A DNA stretch of 64,000 bases. Source: an uncultured delta proteobacterium. Its GTDB lineage: Bacteria; Myxococcota; Myxococcia; SLRQ01. A program made the position numbers and the translations under genes. The stretch spans positions 384,001 to 448,000 of the forward strand of contig CAVSGM010000002.1 in assembly GCA_963727485.1 (NCBI GenBank), in the 5' to 3' direction. Under the pieces are notes generated by a model. That model saw only the letters and a list, made by a program, of their open reading frames with translations. It was not told the origin of the DNA and made no database searches. This document shows positions 33,397 through 44,681 of this stretch, in pieces (within the stretch, counting starts at the first letter, position 1; each line of letters starts with the position of its first letter).

Positions 33397-33996
33397 TTAC
33401 CGTCCGCCGGGGGCAGGGGGCGTCCGATCTCCGGACGATTTCCCGCCCGTTTCGGGACCCGGATCGGGGGCGGGGCTGGCGGCACGGGCCTCGGCTTGAA
33501 GGCGAAGGGGAGGACGAGCTCCACGTCGTCATCCGCCGCGGGCTGGGGGAAGCGCCAGCCGGCGACGAGGTCGAGGACGCAGCGGCTGAGGGCGTCACCC
33601 GGCGGGATCTTCGGAGGTGGCGTCGACGCTCGGGCCGGTGACCGAGCCGTCGGGGTTCACCGGGACGCGGACGACCAGGACGCCCGTGAGCTTGGGGTGG
33701 TCGTGGAGCGCGTGCTCGTAGCAGGCCTCGAGGGCCTTGGCGTGGGTGGCGACGACGGCGCGGATGGCCGGGGCGGAGAGGCCGGCGCTGCGGGGTTGCG
33801 TGCCCTTGGCAGAGCCCCGGGCACCTTGTGGTCCGGATTGCCCGCTTCCCGCCGCCGAGGTGGAGGCCGTCCCGGAGTTGGATGCCCGACCCGCGGCGGT
33901 GGAGGTGGTGCAGGCCGAGATGAGGGCCGTGGCGACGAGTGGCACGGCGCAGGAGAGAACGGCCCGTTGGACGACGCGCCTGCGGGGTCCCGTCAC
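33397..33996 (-). CDS. Lipoprotein with AgmX/PglI C-terminal (TonB-C-like) domain; frameshifted; 3' end approximate
   Basis: ISAC lipobox; IRAVV..LEACYEHAL..PKLTG.LVV, then CV..VAGWRFPQP..LPFAF in a second frame. Confidence 0.6.
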
Positions 33997-34032
33997 CGGG
34001 GGGGCCGGCGACCTTAGCCGGCGGTGCCGGCT

Positions 34033-35178
34033 CTAGCGCGCCCCCAGGATCGACGCGGCGATGACCACCCGCTGGATCTCGCTGGTCCCCTCGTAGATCT
34101 CGGTGATCCGGGCGTCGCGGTAGTGCCGCTCCATGGGGTACTCCAGCGAGTACCCGTTGCCGCCGAAGATCTGCAGGGCCTGGTGGGTGACGAAGGTCGC
34201 GGTCTCGCTCGCGTAGACCTTGGCCATGGCCGACTCCTTGGAGTGGCGCACGCCCTGGTCCTTCAGCCACGCGGCCCGCCAGGTGAGCAGCCGCGCCGCG
34301 TCGAGGCGGGTGCCCATGTCGGCGAGCTTGAACTGGATGGCCTGGAGCTTGGCGATGGGCCCGCCGAAGGCCTCGCGCTCGAGGGCGTAGTCGCGGGCCT
34401 TCTCGAAGGCGGCCTGGGCGATGCCCAGCGCCTGGGCGGCGATGCCGATGCGCCCGCCGTCGAGGGTGCTCATGGCCACCTTGAAGCCCTCACCGTGCTT
34501 CCCCAGGACGTTCTCCTTGGGGACCTTGCAGTCCTCCATGAAGATCGCCGAGGACCAGGCGGCGCGGATGCCCATCTTCTTCTCGGGGGACGAGACGTTG
34601 AACCCCGGGGTCTTGGTGTCGACGATGAAGGCGGTGATGCCCCGGGTGCCCTTCTCGGGCTCGGTCATGGCGAAGACCACCGCGCCGTCGGCGCTGGGCC
34701 CGTTGGTGATCCAGTTCTTGGTGCCGTTGAGCACGTAGTGGTCGCCCTCGATGCGGGCGGTGGTCTTCTGGGCCGCGGCGTCGGAGCCGGCCTGGGGCTC
34801 GGTGAGGCAGAAGCACCCGAGCTTCCTCCCCTGGGCGAAGGGGGTGAGCCAGGTCTGCTTCTGCGCCTCGGTGCCGAAGCGCTCCACCGGGTCGCAGTAG
34901 AGGGAGTTGTTCACCGACATGATGACGCCGGTGGAGGCGCAGCCGCGGCTGACCTCCTCCATGGCCACCGCGTAGGCCACGTGGTCCATCCCCGCCCCAC
35001 CCCATTCCTCGGGGACGGCGACGCCCATCAGACCCAGCTCCGCCAGCCGCGGGAGGACCTCGGCGGGGAAGTGCTTCTCCTCATCCCAGCGGCCGGCGTT
35101 GGGGGCGAGCTCGCGGTCGGCGAGCTCCCGGACGGTCCGCCGAAGCATCTGCTGCTCTTCGTTCAGCTCGATCTGCAT
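34033..35178 (-). CDS. bcd: Acyl-CoA dehydrogenase (butyryl-CoA/short-chain type)
   Basis: FCLTEPQAGSD, LNGTKNWITNG, LDGGRIGIAAQ, IYEGTSEIQR. Confidence 0.9.
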   Translation of the reverse strand: MQIELNEEQQMLRRTVRELADRELAPNAGRWDEEKHFPAEVLPRLAELGLMGVAVPEEWGGAGMDHVAYAVAMEEVSRGCASTGVIMSVNNSLYCDPVERFGTEAQKQTWLTPFAQGRKLGCFCLTEPQAGSDAAAQKTTARIEGDHYVLNGTKNWITNGPSADGAVVFAMTEPEKGTRGITAFIVDTKTPGFNVSSPEKKMGIRAAWSSAIFMEDCKVPKENVLGKHGEGFKVAMSTLDGGRIGIAAQALGIAQAAFEKARDYALEREAFGGPIAKLQAIQFKLADMGTRLDAARLLTWRAAWLKDQGVRHSKESAMAKVYASETATFVTHQALQIFGGNGYSLEYPMERHYRDARITEIYEGTSEIQRVVIAASILGAR

Positions 35179-35221
35179 GGCACGTCCTTTCGGCGGGTCC
35201 GCCGCCGGGTGAGCGGTGAAC

Positions 35222-36010
35222 CTAGTGGCCGGTGAACTCGGGCTTGCGCTTCCCCAAGAACGCCTTCATCCCCTCGCGCATGTCGCTGGTGCCGAAGAGG
35301 AGCCCGAAGGCCTGCTGCTCCATCTGGTTGGCGGCCCGGAGCCCCTCGTCGTAGCCGAGCTCGGTGACCCGCTTCGCCTGGGCCACCGCCAGTGGCGCCT
35401 TGGCGGCGATCTCCTGGGCCTTGGCCATGGCCTTCGCCCGCAGCGTCTCCAGGGGGTAGACGTCGAGGACCAGGCCGATCTCCTTGGCCTTGGCGGCGTC
35501 GATCATCTCGCCGGTGTACATCAGCTCCCGGGCGCGCTGGAGGCCCACCCGGCGGATGAGGCGCTGGGTGCCGCCGAAGCCCGGGGTGACCCCGAGGTTG
35601 ACCTCGGGCTGGCCGAAGCGCGCGTTCTCCGAGCAGTAGGCGAGATCGCAGGCGAGCATCAGCTCGCAGCCGCCGCCGAGCGCGTAGCCGTTGACCGCGG
35701 CGATGACCGGGAAGGGCACGGCGGTCAGCAGGTCGAAGACCCGGTGACCCAGCGCGGAGAACGCCCGGGCGTCCTCGACCCCCAGCTCGACCATCTCGGA
35801 GATGTCGGCGCCGGCGACGAAGGCCCGGTCGCCGGTGCCGGTGAGGACGATGACCCGGGTCTCGTCCCGGTGGTCGTGGTGGAGCTCGGTGAGGCAGGCC
35901 TTCAGCTCCCGGAGGGTGTGGGAGTTGAGGGCGTTCATCGCCTTGGGCCGGTTGATGGCGATGGTGACGACGAAGCCTTCGCGCTCGACGACCAGGTTGT
36001 CGTAGGTCAT
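35222..36010 (-). CDS. crt: Enoyl-CoA hydratase (crotonase)
   Basis: NRPKAMNALN, AFVAGADI, NGYALGGGCEL, GQPEVNLG..PGFGGTQRL. Confidence 0.9.
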   Translation of the reverse strand: MTYDNLVVEREGFVVTIAINRPKAMNALNSHTLRELKACLTELHHDHRDETRVIVLTGTGDRAFVAGADISEMVELGVEDARAFSALGHRVFDLLTAVPFPVIAAVNGYALGGGCELMLACDLAYCSENARFGQPEVNLGVTPGFGGTQRLIRRVGLQRARELMYTGEMIDAAKAKEIGLVLDVYPLETLRAKAMAKAQEIAAKAPLAVAQAKRVTELGYDEGLRAANQMEQQAFGLLFGTSDMREGMKAFLGKRKPEFTGH

Positions 36011-36021
36011 GGGGACCTCCT

Positions 36022-36876
36022 TCAGCTCTCGTAGGTGTAGACGCCGCGGCCGCTCTTCCGGCCGTACCACCCGGCGTCGACGTACTGGCGCAGCAGCGGG
36101 CAGGGCCGGTACTTGGCGTCGCCGAGGCCCGTGTGGAGGACCTCCATGATCGCCAGGCAGGTGTCGAGGCCGATGAAGTCGGCGAGGGTGAGCGGCCCCA
36201 TGGGCTGGTTGGTGCCGAGCTTCATCCCGGTGTCGATGTCCTCGGCCGAGGCGACGCCCTCCATCAGGGCGTAGAAGGCCTCGTTGATCATCGGCAGGAG
36301 GATGCGGTTGACCACGAAGCCCGGGTAGTCGCGGCTGGTGCTCACCGTCTTGCCCAGGGTCCCGGCGAGGCCGAGGGTGGCCGCGTGGGTCTCCTCGGAG
36401 GTGGCGATGCCCCGGATGACCTCGACCAGCTTCATGATCGGCACCGGGTTCATGAAGTGCATCCCGATGACCTGCTCGGGGCGCCCGGTGGCCGCGGCGA
36501 GGCGGGTGATGGAGATGGACGAGGTGTTCGACGCCAGGATCGCCTCGGGGCGGAGGATCCCGTCGAGCTCGGCGAAGAGCCGGGTCTTGATCTCCTCGTT
36601 CTCGATGATGGCCTCGACCACGAAGTCGCAGTCCTTCAGGGCCTTGAGGTCGGTGCCGCTGGTGATGCGTCCGAGGGCTTCGTCCTTGCCGGCGGCGTCG
36701 AGCTTCTCCTTCTTGACCAGCCGGTCCAGGCTCTTGCCGATGCCGGCGAGGCCCCGCTCGACGAAGCGGTCCTCGGTGTCCACCAGGTGCACCTTCAGGC
36801 CCGACTGGGCCGCCACCTGGGCGATGCCACTGCCCATCTGTCCGGCGCCGACGACGCCGAGGGTCTCGATCTTCAT
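36022..36876 (-). CDS. hbd: 3-hydroxybutyryl-CoA dehydrogenase
   Basis: [39 protein letters not shown]. Confidence 0.92.
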   Translation of the reverse strand: MKIETLGVVGAGQMGSGIAQVAAQSGLKVHLVDTEDRFVERGLAGIGKSLDRLVKKEKLDAAGKDEALGRITSGTDLKALKDCDFVVEAIIENEEIKTRLFAELDGILRPEAILASNTSSISITRLAAATGRPEQVIGMHFMNPVPIMKLVEVIRGIATSEETHAATLGLAGTLGKTVSTSRDYPGFVVNRILLPMINEAFYALMEGVASAEDIDTGMKLGTNQPMGPLTLADFIGLDTCLAIMEVLHTGLGDAKYRPCPLLRQYVDAGWYGRKSGRGVYTYES

Positions 36877-36975
36877 CAGAGCCTCCTCGTGGCCAGGGCG
36901 CCCGGGGCGCCCCGCGCGGTTGGGGCCCGGGTTATAGGTCTGGGGCCGGCCGAGGTAAAGGCCGGCGTCCGGGCC

Positions 36976-37347
36976 TCACCGGGCGGCGAGGTAGACCACC
37001 ACGTCGCCGGGCTGCGAGGCGTCGAGGTGGCGCTCGACCACGGTGACCTTGCCGCCCAGGTGGGTGATCCGGGCGGTGAGCAGCAGGTCCTTCGGGGGCA
37101 CGGCGATCTCGTGGGTCACCCGCTCCGGCGCCTGGCCCGGCGCGAAGCTCCAGTGGCTCTCACGGACCAGGGTGTCGCCGGCGTGGTAGGCGACGGTCAG
37201 GCCCACGTCGGTGCCCCGGCCGGCGCCCAGGTCGTAGGAGAGGGTCCGCTTCACCGGGACCCCCGGCCGGCGCATGAACCACAGGGCCCCGGCGATGCCG
37301 ATGGCGAGCACCACCAGGGCCGGCACCCGGCGCTTGGGACGGCTCAT
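36976..37347 (-). CDS. Hypothetical membrane-anchored protein
   Basis: MSRPKRRVPALVVLAIGIAGALWF; ATGA overlap with the upstream gene stop at 37344. Confidence 0.55.
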   Translation of the reverse strand: MSRPKRRVPALVVLAIGIAGALWFMRRPGVPVKRTLSYDLGAGRGTDVGLTVAYHAGDTLVRESHWSFAPGQAPERVTHEIAVPPKDLLLTARITHLGGKVTVVERHLDASQPGDVVVYLAAR

Positions 37348-37794
37348 CCGTCCTCGACCTCGTCGACCTCGTCGAGCCCGGCGCCCGGCCCCGCGCCGGG
37401 TCTTCACCGACTTCGACTCGACCTTGGGGATGACCTCGCCGTCCTCGTTGCGGCGGAACGCCAGGGTGGCGTTCACGTCCACGGTGATCCCGGCCAGGGC
37501 CTTGGAGAGCTCGCCGGCGATGTTGGCGTGCTCGAGGAAGCGCCGCAGCTCCAGGGCGATCATCTTGAAGAGCTCGGCCCGGGCCTTCTCGCTCTGGGCC
37601 AGGAGGTTGCCCACCGCCTCGCGCGGCAGCTTCAGGTCGCCGACGACGTTGCGGATGCCCTCCTCGGTCATGAACAGGGCCCCGACCCCGGCGAGCGCCA
37701 GCTTCTTCACCGCGTCGGGGACGAAGCCCTCGATGCGGGAACGCACCCGGTCGGTGTCGGGGTCGCGCCCGGGTCCCTTGTCCTGCTCTGGCAT
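37344..37794 (-). CDS. Hypothetical protein (phasin-like N-terminal segment); probable frameshift near the 3' end
   Basis: DAVKKLALAGVGALFMTEEGIR..LKLPRE. An alternate frame ends DEVDEVEDG* at 37344. Confidence 0.6.
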
Positions 37795-37807
37795 GCGGCC
37801 TCCTGGG

Positions 37808-38257
37808 CTACTTCTTGAGATTGAGCGTGAACTGTACCCCAGGGCGGTTGCTCGCGTGGCCCGCGGCGTCGGTGACCTCGAGGTCCACCCAGAAGGTCAT
37901 CCCGTCGGTGACGTTCGCCAGCTGCAGGGGGGCGTCGACGTACATCACCCCCGCCGCCGCCGAGGCATCGAGCTTCGAGGCCTGGAACACCGTGGCCAGG
38001 GCCTCGTCCTGCACCAGGGTCTTCTGGTCGAGATAGAGGGTGTAGGTCCCGTTCCCCAGATCGCCGTCGGTGTCGCTGAAGTCCACGGCGAGCTTGAGCA
38101 GGAACGGGTCCTGGGGCGCCTGGCAGGCGTCGGAGGTGGCGCACCGGAGCCCGGTGAGGTGGGGGGTGCCCGGAGGCGGCCCGCAGGCGGCGACCCCGAG
38201 GACGAGCCCGAGGACCACGACGAGGCCCGGGGCCCAGCGCAGGGGCGCCCGGCCCAC
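37808..38257 (-). CDS. Hypothetical lipoprotein
   Basis: LVVVLGLVLGVAACG lipobox, VDFSDTDGDLG; GTG overlaps the mrp stop. Confidence 0.6.
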   Translation of the reverse strand: MGRAPLRWAPGLVVVLGLVLGVAACGPPPGTPHLTGLRCATSDACQAPQDPFLLKLAVDFSDTDGDLGNGTYTLYLDQKTLVQDEALATVFQASKLDASAAAGVMYVDAPLQLANVTDGMTFWVDLEVTDAAGHASNRPGVQFTLNLKK

Positions 38258-39360
38258 TAGGGGACCATCCGCAGGATCGGCGCCTCGTCCTTGCCGGCGC
38301 CGACGGCCTCGACGCTCACCCGGTGGGCGACCTGCCGGGCGACCTCGAAGATGGCCTTGGCCTCGGCGCCCTCGGGCTCGGCGAGGACGATGGGCCGGCC
38401 CACGTCGCCGCTCTCGCGCACCGCGGCGTGGAGGGGCACCGCCCCCAAGAACGGGATCCCCGCGCCCTCGGCGTAGCGCTCGCCGCCGCCCCGGGCGAAG
38501 ACGTCGGTCTCCTCGCCGCAGTGGGGGCAGACGAAGAAGCTCATGTTCTCCACCACGCCGAGCACCGGGACCCCGACCTTGTCGAACATCCCCTTGGCGC
38601 GCTTCACGTCGGCGAGCGCCACGTCCTGGGGGGTGGTGACCAGCACCGCCCCGGCGGCGCGGACCTGCTGGGCGATGGTGAGCTGCACGTCGCCGGTCCC
38701 CGGCGGCAGGTCGAGGACCAGGTAGTCGAGCTCGCCCCAGTCGACGTCCCGGAGGAACTGCACCAGGGCCTGGTCGAGCATCGGGCCCCGCCAGATCATG
38801 GCCTGCTCGGGCTCGACCAGGTAGCCGATGGACATGGTCTTCAGGCCCCGGCCCACCACCGGGTCGAGGTGCTTGCCGTCGGCGCTGGTGGGCTTCTCCT
38901 GGGCGATGCCCAGCATGGTGGGCACCGAGGGGCCGTAGACGTCGGCGTCGAGGATGCCGACCTTGGCCCCGAGCTGCTGGAGGGCCATGGCCAGGTTCAC
39001 GGCGATGGTGCTCTTCCCCACCCCGCCCTTGCCGGAGCCCACGAGGATCACGTTGCGCACCGACTCGGGGAGGATCCGCCCGCCGCCGAGGCCCCCGCCG
39101 GTGACCTCCCGGACCGAGGCGGTGAGGTTCACCGCCACCTCGGTGACCCCGGGGAGCTTCTCCACCGCCTCCCGGGCCTGGGACTCGAGGACCTCCTTGA
39201 TGGGACACGCCGGGGTGGTGAGATCGAGGGTGAAGGCGACCTTCCCGCCCTCGATCTTCACGTCCTTGACGAAGCCCAGGCTCACCACGTCCTGGTGGAG
39301 GTCCGGATCCTGAACGGCGCGCAGCGCCTGGCGAACGGCGTCCTCGGTGACCTGGCTCAT
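38257..39360 (-). CDS. apbC: Mrp/ApbC (NBP35 family) Fe-S cluster carrier ATPase
   Basis: N-terminal DPDL..TTPACP domain; SGKGGVGKST, DADVYGPS, DLPPGTGD, ENMS..CPHC. Confidence 0.93.
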   Translation of the reverse strand: MSQVTEDAVRQALRAVQDPDLHQDVVSLGFVKDVKIEGGKVAFTLDLTTPACPIKEVLESQAREAVEKLPGVTEVAVNLTASVREVTGGGLGGGRILPESVRNVILVGSGKGGVGKSTIAVNLAMALQQLGAKVGILDADVYGPSVPTMLGIAQEKPTSADGKHLDPVVGRGLKTMSIGYLVEPEQAMIWRGPMLDQALVQFLRDVDWGELDYLVLDLPPGTGDVQLTIAQQVRAAGAVLVTTPQDVALADVKRAKGMFDKVGVPVLGVVENMSFFVCPHCGEETDVFARGGGERYAEGAGIPFLGAVPLHAAVRESGDVGRPIVLAEPEGAEAKAIFEVARQVAHRVSVEAVGAGKDEAPILRMVP

Positions 39361-39464
39361 CTCGCGACTGGCTCCTTGATGCGGGTAGGCCCCGCGGGGT
39401 GCGGGGATCATCGGTGGCCCCGGACGACCGGTCAAGGCTGGCGGCCGGGGCGATGGGAGGGGGG

Positions 39465-40127
39465 TCAACGCAGGGCGGCGACGTGCCAGGCCCCGGCCTC
39501 GAGCACGAGGCGCAGGCGCTGGCCGCCGCCGAGGGGAAGATAGGCCCGGTCCGCGGTCACGACCACGGTGGCGCCCCCGGTGAGGGCGGCGCGGACCCGG
39601 TCCACCGCGCCCCGGGCGGCGCTGGCGGCGGCGCGGTAGTCGCGGGCGAGGCGCGCCGGGGTGTAGCGGGCGCGCAGGGCGCCCGAGAGGGCCGCGTAGG
39701 CGGCCTGGAAGTCCTCGCGATCCACCGCTTGGACGAAGGCCGCGGCGGCGGCCCGGGCGGCGGCGGCGGCGCCCGGAGACGGGATCGGGCCCTGTGGCGG
39801 GAGCACCCCCCAGCCGGCGCCCCGGGCCTCGAGCACCGGGTGCGCCGGGTCCGAGGCCGGGGCCACCACCAGGTCGGTGGCCGCGGCCCGGGCGGCGGCC
39901 GCCCCCTGGCGCCGGGCGGCGGGGGTGGCGTAGTGGGCCCCGAAGGCGGCGCGGCTCACCTTCCGCCGGTAGGCCGGCGCGGTGAGGGCGTAGGCCCGGT
40001 CGAGGCGCCCGGCGTCGAGGGCCCGGGCGTAGGCGTCGAGGGTCGCCGCCGGGCCCTTCGGGGGGACGCAGGCGGCGGCGAGGACGAGGGCCGCCAGGGA
40101 GGCGGCGACCAGGAGGCGCCGGCCCAT
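39465..40127 (-). CDS. Hypothetical lipoprotein
   Basis: LAALVLAAAC lipobox; two similar helical halves (AYALT..YR / AYAALS..LR). Confidence 0.6.
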   Translation of the reverse strand: MGRRLLVAASLAALVLAAACVPPKGPAATLDAYARALDAGRLDRAYALTAPAYRRKVSRAAFGAHYATPAARRQGAAAARAAATDLVVAPASDPAHPVLEARGAGWGVLPPQGPIPSPGAAAAARAAAAAFVQAVDREDFQAAYAALSGALRARYTPARLARDYRAAASAARGAVDRVRAALTGGATVVVTADRAYLPLGGGQRLRLVLEAGAWHVAALR

Positions 40128-40136
40128 GGGGGCGAT

Positions 40137-41906
40137 CTACCACCCCCGGCGGCGCAAGGGCCACACCGCCCACACCGACGCCGGGCGCCTCGCCGCGGCG
40201 AGCGCCCAGGCGAGGTCGAAGCCGGCGTCCTCGTCGAGGACCCGGCCGCCGGCCAGCGCCCCCACGACCTCCCCGGCCCGGGGGGCGAGGCCCATGCGCC
40301 GGATGAGCCGGGGCAGGAGGGCCGGCCCGGCGGTCTCGAGGACCACCAGCTCGGTGTGGGCCTCGGGGGCCAGCCCGGCCATCTCCCGGGCCCGGGCCAC
40401 CGCGTCCTCGAAGCCCCCGAGCTCGTCCACCAGGCCCACCTTCTCGGCCCGGATCCCGGTGTAGACCCGGCCCTCGGCGCGGCGGGCGACCTCGGCCTCG
40501 TCCATGCCCCGGCCCTCGGCGACCCGGGCGATGAAGTCGGCGTAGATCTCGTCGAGGTCCCGGTCCATGGCCGCCCGCTCGCCGTCGGTGGGCGCCCGGC
40601 TCGGGGTCCCCAGGGCGGCGTTCTCGCCCCGGGCGAGGATCTCCCGGGTGACGCCGACCTTCTCCAGGAGCCCGGAGACGTCGAAGAGGGCGGCGATGAC
40701 GCCGATGGAGCCGGTGAGCACCGCCGGGCTGGCGACGATCCGGCTGGCCCCGGCGGCGACGTAGTAGCCCCCGGAGGCGGCGACCGAGTCGAGGAAGGCG
40801 ACCACCGGCTTCTTCTCGGCGGTCCGGCGCACCTCGCGCCAGATGAGGTCCGAGGCGAGCGGCGAGCCCCCCCGGGAGTCGACATGGAGGACCACCGCCT
40901 TCACCGACGGCTCCTCCCGGGCGACCTCGAGGCTCTCGGCCACCGAGCGGGCCCCGGCGACCCGGCCGCCGGTGGCCAGGATCCGGCTCTCGCCCTCGGT
41001 GATGAGGCCCCGCACCGGCACCACCGCCACCAGGCGCCGGCGCCGGAGCACCGGCTTCCAGTCGATGGGCTCCCGGCGGGTGGCGCGGTAGCCGGCCCAG
41101 GGGGCCAGCCGCGCCTTCCTCTGCCCCTCGGCCGCGAGCCGGGCCGGGAGCTCGTCGCCGTAGCACACCCCGTCGGCGAGGCCGGCGACCACCGCCCGGC
41201 GCGCGGTGTAGGGCCCGTCGTCGACGCGGGCCCGGGCGGCGTCCCGGTCAATCCCCCGGCCCTCGGCCACCGCGTCCAGGAGGCGGTCGTAGAGGTCGTC
41301 GAGGATGCCGTCGAGGTCCTCCCGGGCCTCGGGGCTCATCCCGTCCCGGGAGGCGATCTCGCCGGCGGACTTGTAGGCCCCGCGCTGGAACACCGTGGCC
41401 CGGGCCCCGACCTTCTCCAGGGCGGCCCGCGCGGTGGTCCCCTCGACGGCGAAGCCCCGGAGGTCGAGGCGGCCCGCCGGCGCCAGGAACGCCCGGTCGG
41501 CGGCGAGGAGGAGCAGCGCCTCCCGGGTCCCGGCCTCGGGGGTCCAGACCACCACCTCCTTGCCCGCGGCCCGGAGCCGGGCGAGGTGCTCCCGGAGGGC
41601 GTCGACCTTGGGGAGGTCGGCCTCGAGATCGACCAGGCGCAGCACCACCCCCCGGACCCGCCGGGCCCCGGCGAGGGCGTCGAAGCGCCGGCCCAGGGTC
41701 TGGAGATCGTCGCTGGTGGGACGTCCGGCGACGCGATCGAAGAGGCGCCGCAGCCGCGGGACCGGGCGGTAGGCCAGGTGCCCGGTGAGCTCGAAGGTCA
41801 CGTAGTCGGGCGCCTGGGGCTTGATCCACAGGGTCTTGAGGAGGTTCTGGGTGCCCGTGAAGAGGGCGACCACCAGGTTTCGGACGAGGGTGACCAGGAC
41901 GCGCAT
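40137..41906 (-). CDS. sppA: Signal peptide peptidase SppA (protease IV, two-domain form)
   Basis: GAYKSA, VDSRGGS, AASGGYY, TGSIGV, GLVDELGG. Confidence 0.9.
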   Translation of the reverse strand: MRVLVTLVRNLVVALFTGTQNLLKTLWIKPQAPDYVTFELTGHLAYRPVPRLRRLFDRVAGRPTSDDLQTLGRRFDALAGARRVRGVVLRLVDLEADLPKVDALREHLARLRAAGKEVVVWTPEAGTREALLLLAADRAFLAPAGRLDLRGFAVEGTTARAALEKVGARATVFQRGAYKSAGEIASRDGMSPEAREDLDGILDDLYDRLLDAVAEGRGIDRDAARARVDDGPYTARRAVVAGLADGVCYGDELPARLAAEGQRKARLAPWAGYRATRREPIDWKPVLRRRRLVAVVPVRGLITEGESRILATGGRVAGARSVAESLEVAREEPSVKAVVLHVDSRGGSPLASDLIWREVRRTAEKKPVVAFLDSVAASGGYYVAAGASRIVASPAVLTGSIGVIAALFDVSGLLEKVGVTREILARGENAALGTPSRAPTDGERAAMDRDLDEIYADFIARVAEGRGMDEAEVARRAEGRVYTGIRAEKVGLVDELGGFEDAVARAREMAGLAPEAHTELVVLETAGPALLPRLIRRMGLAPRAGEVVGALAGGRVLDEDAGFDLAWALAAARRPASVWAVWPLRRRGW

Positions 41907-41997
41907 GGCTCGGCTCCCGCGCCACTATAGTCCACCGGAGGCGTCAGGCCCGCCGGGGACGGGCCGTCGCGGGACCATCGCCCCCCTTGGCCCTCCG

Positions 41998-42027
41998 TTG
42001 ACCCCCATGAACCGGCACCGGTATCAT
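41998..42027 (+). promoter_or_regulatory. Sigma70-like promoter
   Basis: TTGACC-N18-TATCAT, 9 nt before ATG 42037. Confidence 0.5.
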
Positions 42028-42036
42028 CCCTCACCA

Positions 42037-42534
42037 ATGCGCGCCCTACTCCGACTGGTCCTCCTCCTCGGGGTCCTCGTCGTCTCCGCGCCCGCCCTGG
42101 CGAGCCCGGCCGCCGCGGGTCACCGCCCCCCCCCGACCCACTCCGGCCTCCGCAACTTCGGGGGATCGGCCCAGCCCCTCGGCTCCGATGACACGGGCTA
42201 CTCGCCCATGGCGATCGTCTTCCTCGGGGTCCTCGCGGTGGTGGCCTTCGGGATCTGCGCGCTCATCTTCAAGCGGATCGCCCAGGACATGGGGCTGCCC
42301 GCGGACGAGGAGGAGCTGGCGACGGTCTCGGGCGCGGTGGGGGTGAGCCCCCGGGAGACCGTGTTCAACGCCGTGTCCCGGGCCGGCTCGTGGGTCACCC
42401 CCGGACGGGTGGCCATGGGCGCCGGCATCAGCACCCAGGAGGCCGAGGGCTTCCTCGAGGAGCTCGCCCGCGACGGCCGGGTCAAGGCCGGGCGCGACAA
42501 GCAGGGCCGCATCCTCTACCGGCTGCCGACATGA
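42037..42534 (+). CDS. Membrane protein with signal peptide, one TM segment and a C-terminal winged-helix-like domain
   Basis: Signal ..SAPALA; TM IVFLGVLAVVAFGICALIF; VTPGRVAMGAGISTQEAEGFLEELARDGRV..ILYRL. Confidence 0.6.
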   Translation: MRALLRLVLLLGVLVVSAPALASPAAAGHRPPPTHSGLRNFGGSAQPLGSDDTGYSPMAIVFLGVLAVVAFGICALIFKRIAQDMGLPADEEELATVSGAVGVSPRETVFNAVSRAGSWVTPGRVAMGAGISTQEAEGFLEELARDGRVKAGRDKQGRILYRLPT

Positions 42535-43202
42535 GCGACGTGGCCACCTCCGGACCCAGCTGCCCCGACTGCGGCGGCGCCTTCACCGAGGGCCCGCTGT
42601 GCAGCTACTGCGGCAAGGGGCTGCGCTTCGCCGGCGAGGGCTTCGTGTTCCAGGAGAGCCGGGTCACCTGCCCCCTGTGCCGGGTGGCGCTCCACCAGAT
42701 CGACTTCCACGGGGTCGCCATCGACACCTGCAGCACCTGCGAGGGCGCCTGGTTCGACCTCGGCGAGATCGAGCAGATCCTCCAGGCGGCACGTCAGGCC
42801 GTCAAGGAGGACCGCTTCGTCCCCACCCCCATCGAGGCCGCCCCCGGGGTCGAGCCCCCGCCCCGGGACCGGGCCTACCTCCCCTGCCCCCGGTGCGGCA
42901 CCCTGATGAACCGCCAGAACTGGGATCGCCGCTCGGGGATCCTCGTCGACTCCTGCCACTCGTGCGGCGTCTGGCTCGACGGCGGGGAGCTGGCCCAGAT
43001 GCGCTCCTGGGGGGCCCGCACCCCCGAGGGCGCCCCGCCGCCCCCCGAGGAGCCGAAGCCCCGCGCCGATCCCCTGGCGCGCACCTCGGTGTGGACCCAG
43101 GACGTCAGCGGCTACGGGAGCCTCGGCGGCCACGGCTGGGCCAACCACTCGGCCTTCGGGGGCCTGCTCACCTCGCTCCTCGAGTCGCTCTTCCGCTTCT
43201 AG
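42531..43202 (+). CDS. Multi Zn-ribbon (zf-TFIIB-like) protein
   Basis: CPDC/CSYC; CPLC..IDTCSTCEGAWFDLGE; CPRC..VDSCHSCGVWLDGGEL. Confidence 0.8.
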   Translation: MSDVATSGPSCPDCGGAFTEGPLCSYCGKGLRFAGEGFVFQESRVTCPLCRVALHQIDFHGVAIDTCSTCEGAWFDLGEIEQILQAARQAVKEDRFVPTPIEAAPGVEPPPRDRAYLPCPRCGTLMNRQNWDRRSGILVDSCHSCGVWLDGGELAQMRSWGARTPEGAPPPPEEPKPRADPLARTSVWTQDVSGYGSLGGHGWANHSAFGGLLTSLLESLFRF

Positions 43203-43221
43203 CGCGGTCAGCCGCGCGCGG

Positions 43222-44604
<1,383 letters not shown>

Positions 44605-44681
44605 GTGGGTCCTCTCGTCCGGCGGGCGAGCCTACGGCGAAGGCCACGGCGGGTAAAGCGACCGGCCGGGATCCGGGCGGG

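Noticed and set aside
36976..37794. Single 272-aa ORF
   Set aside because: An ATGA overlap at 37344-37347 and an acidic tail in another frame indicate two genes joined by an indel.
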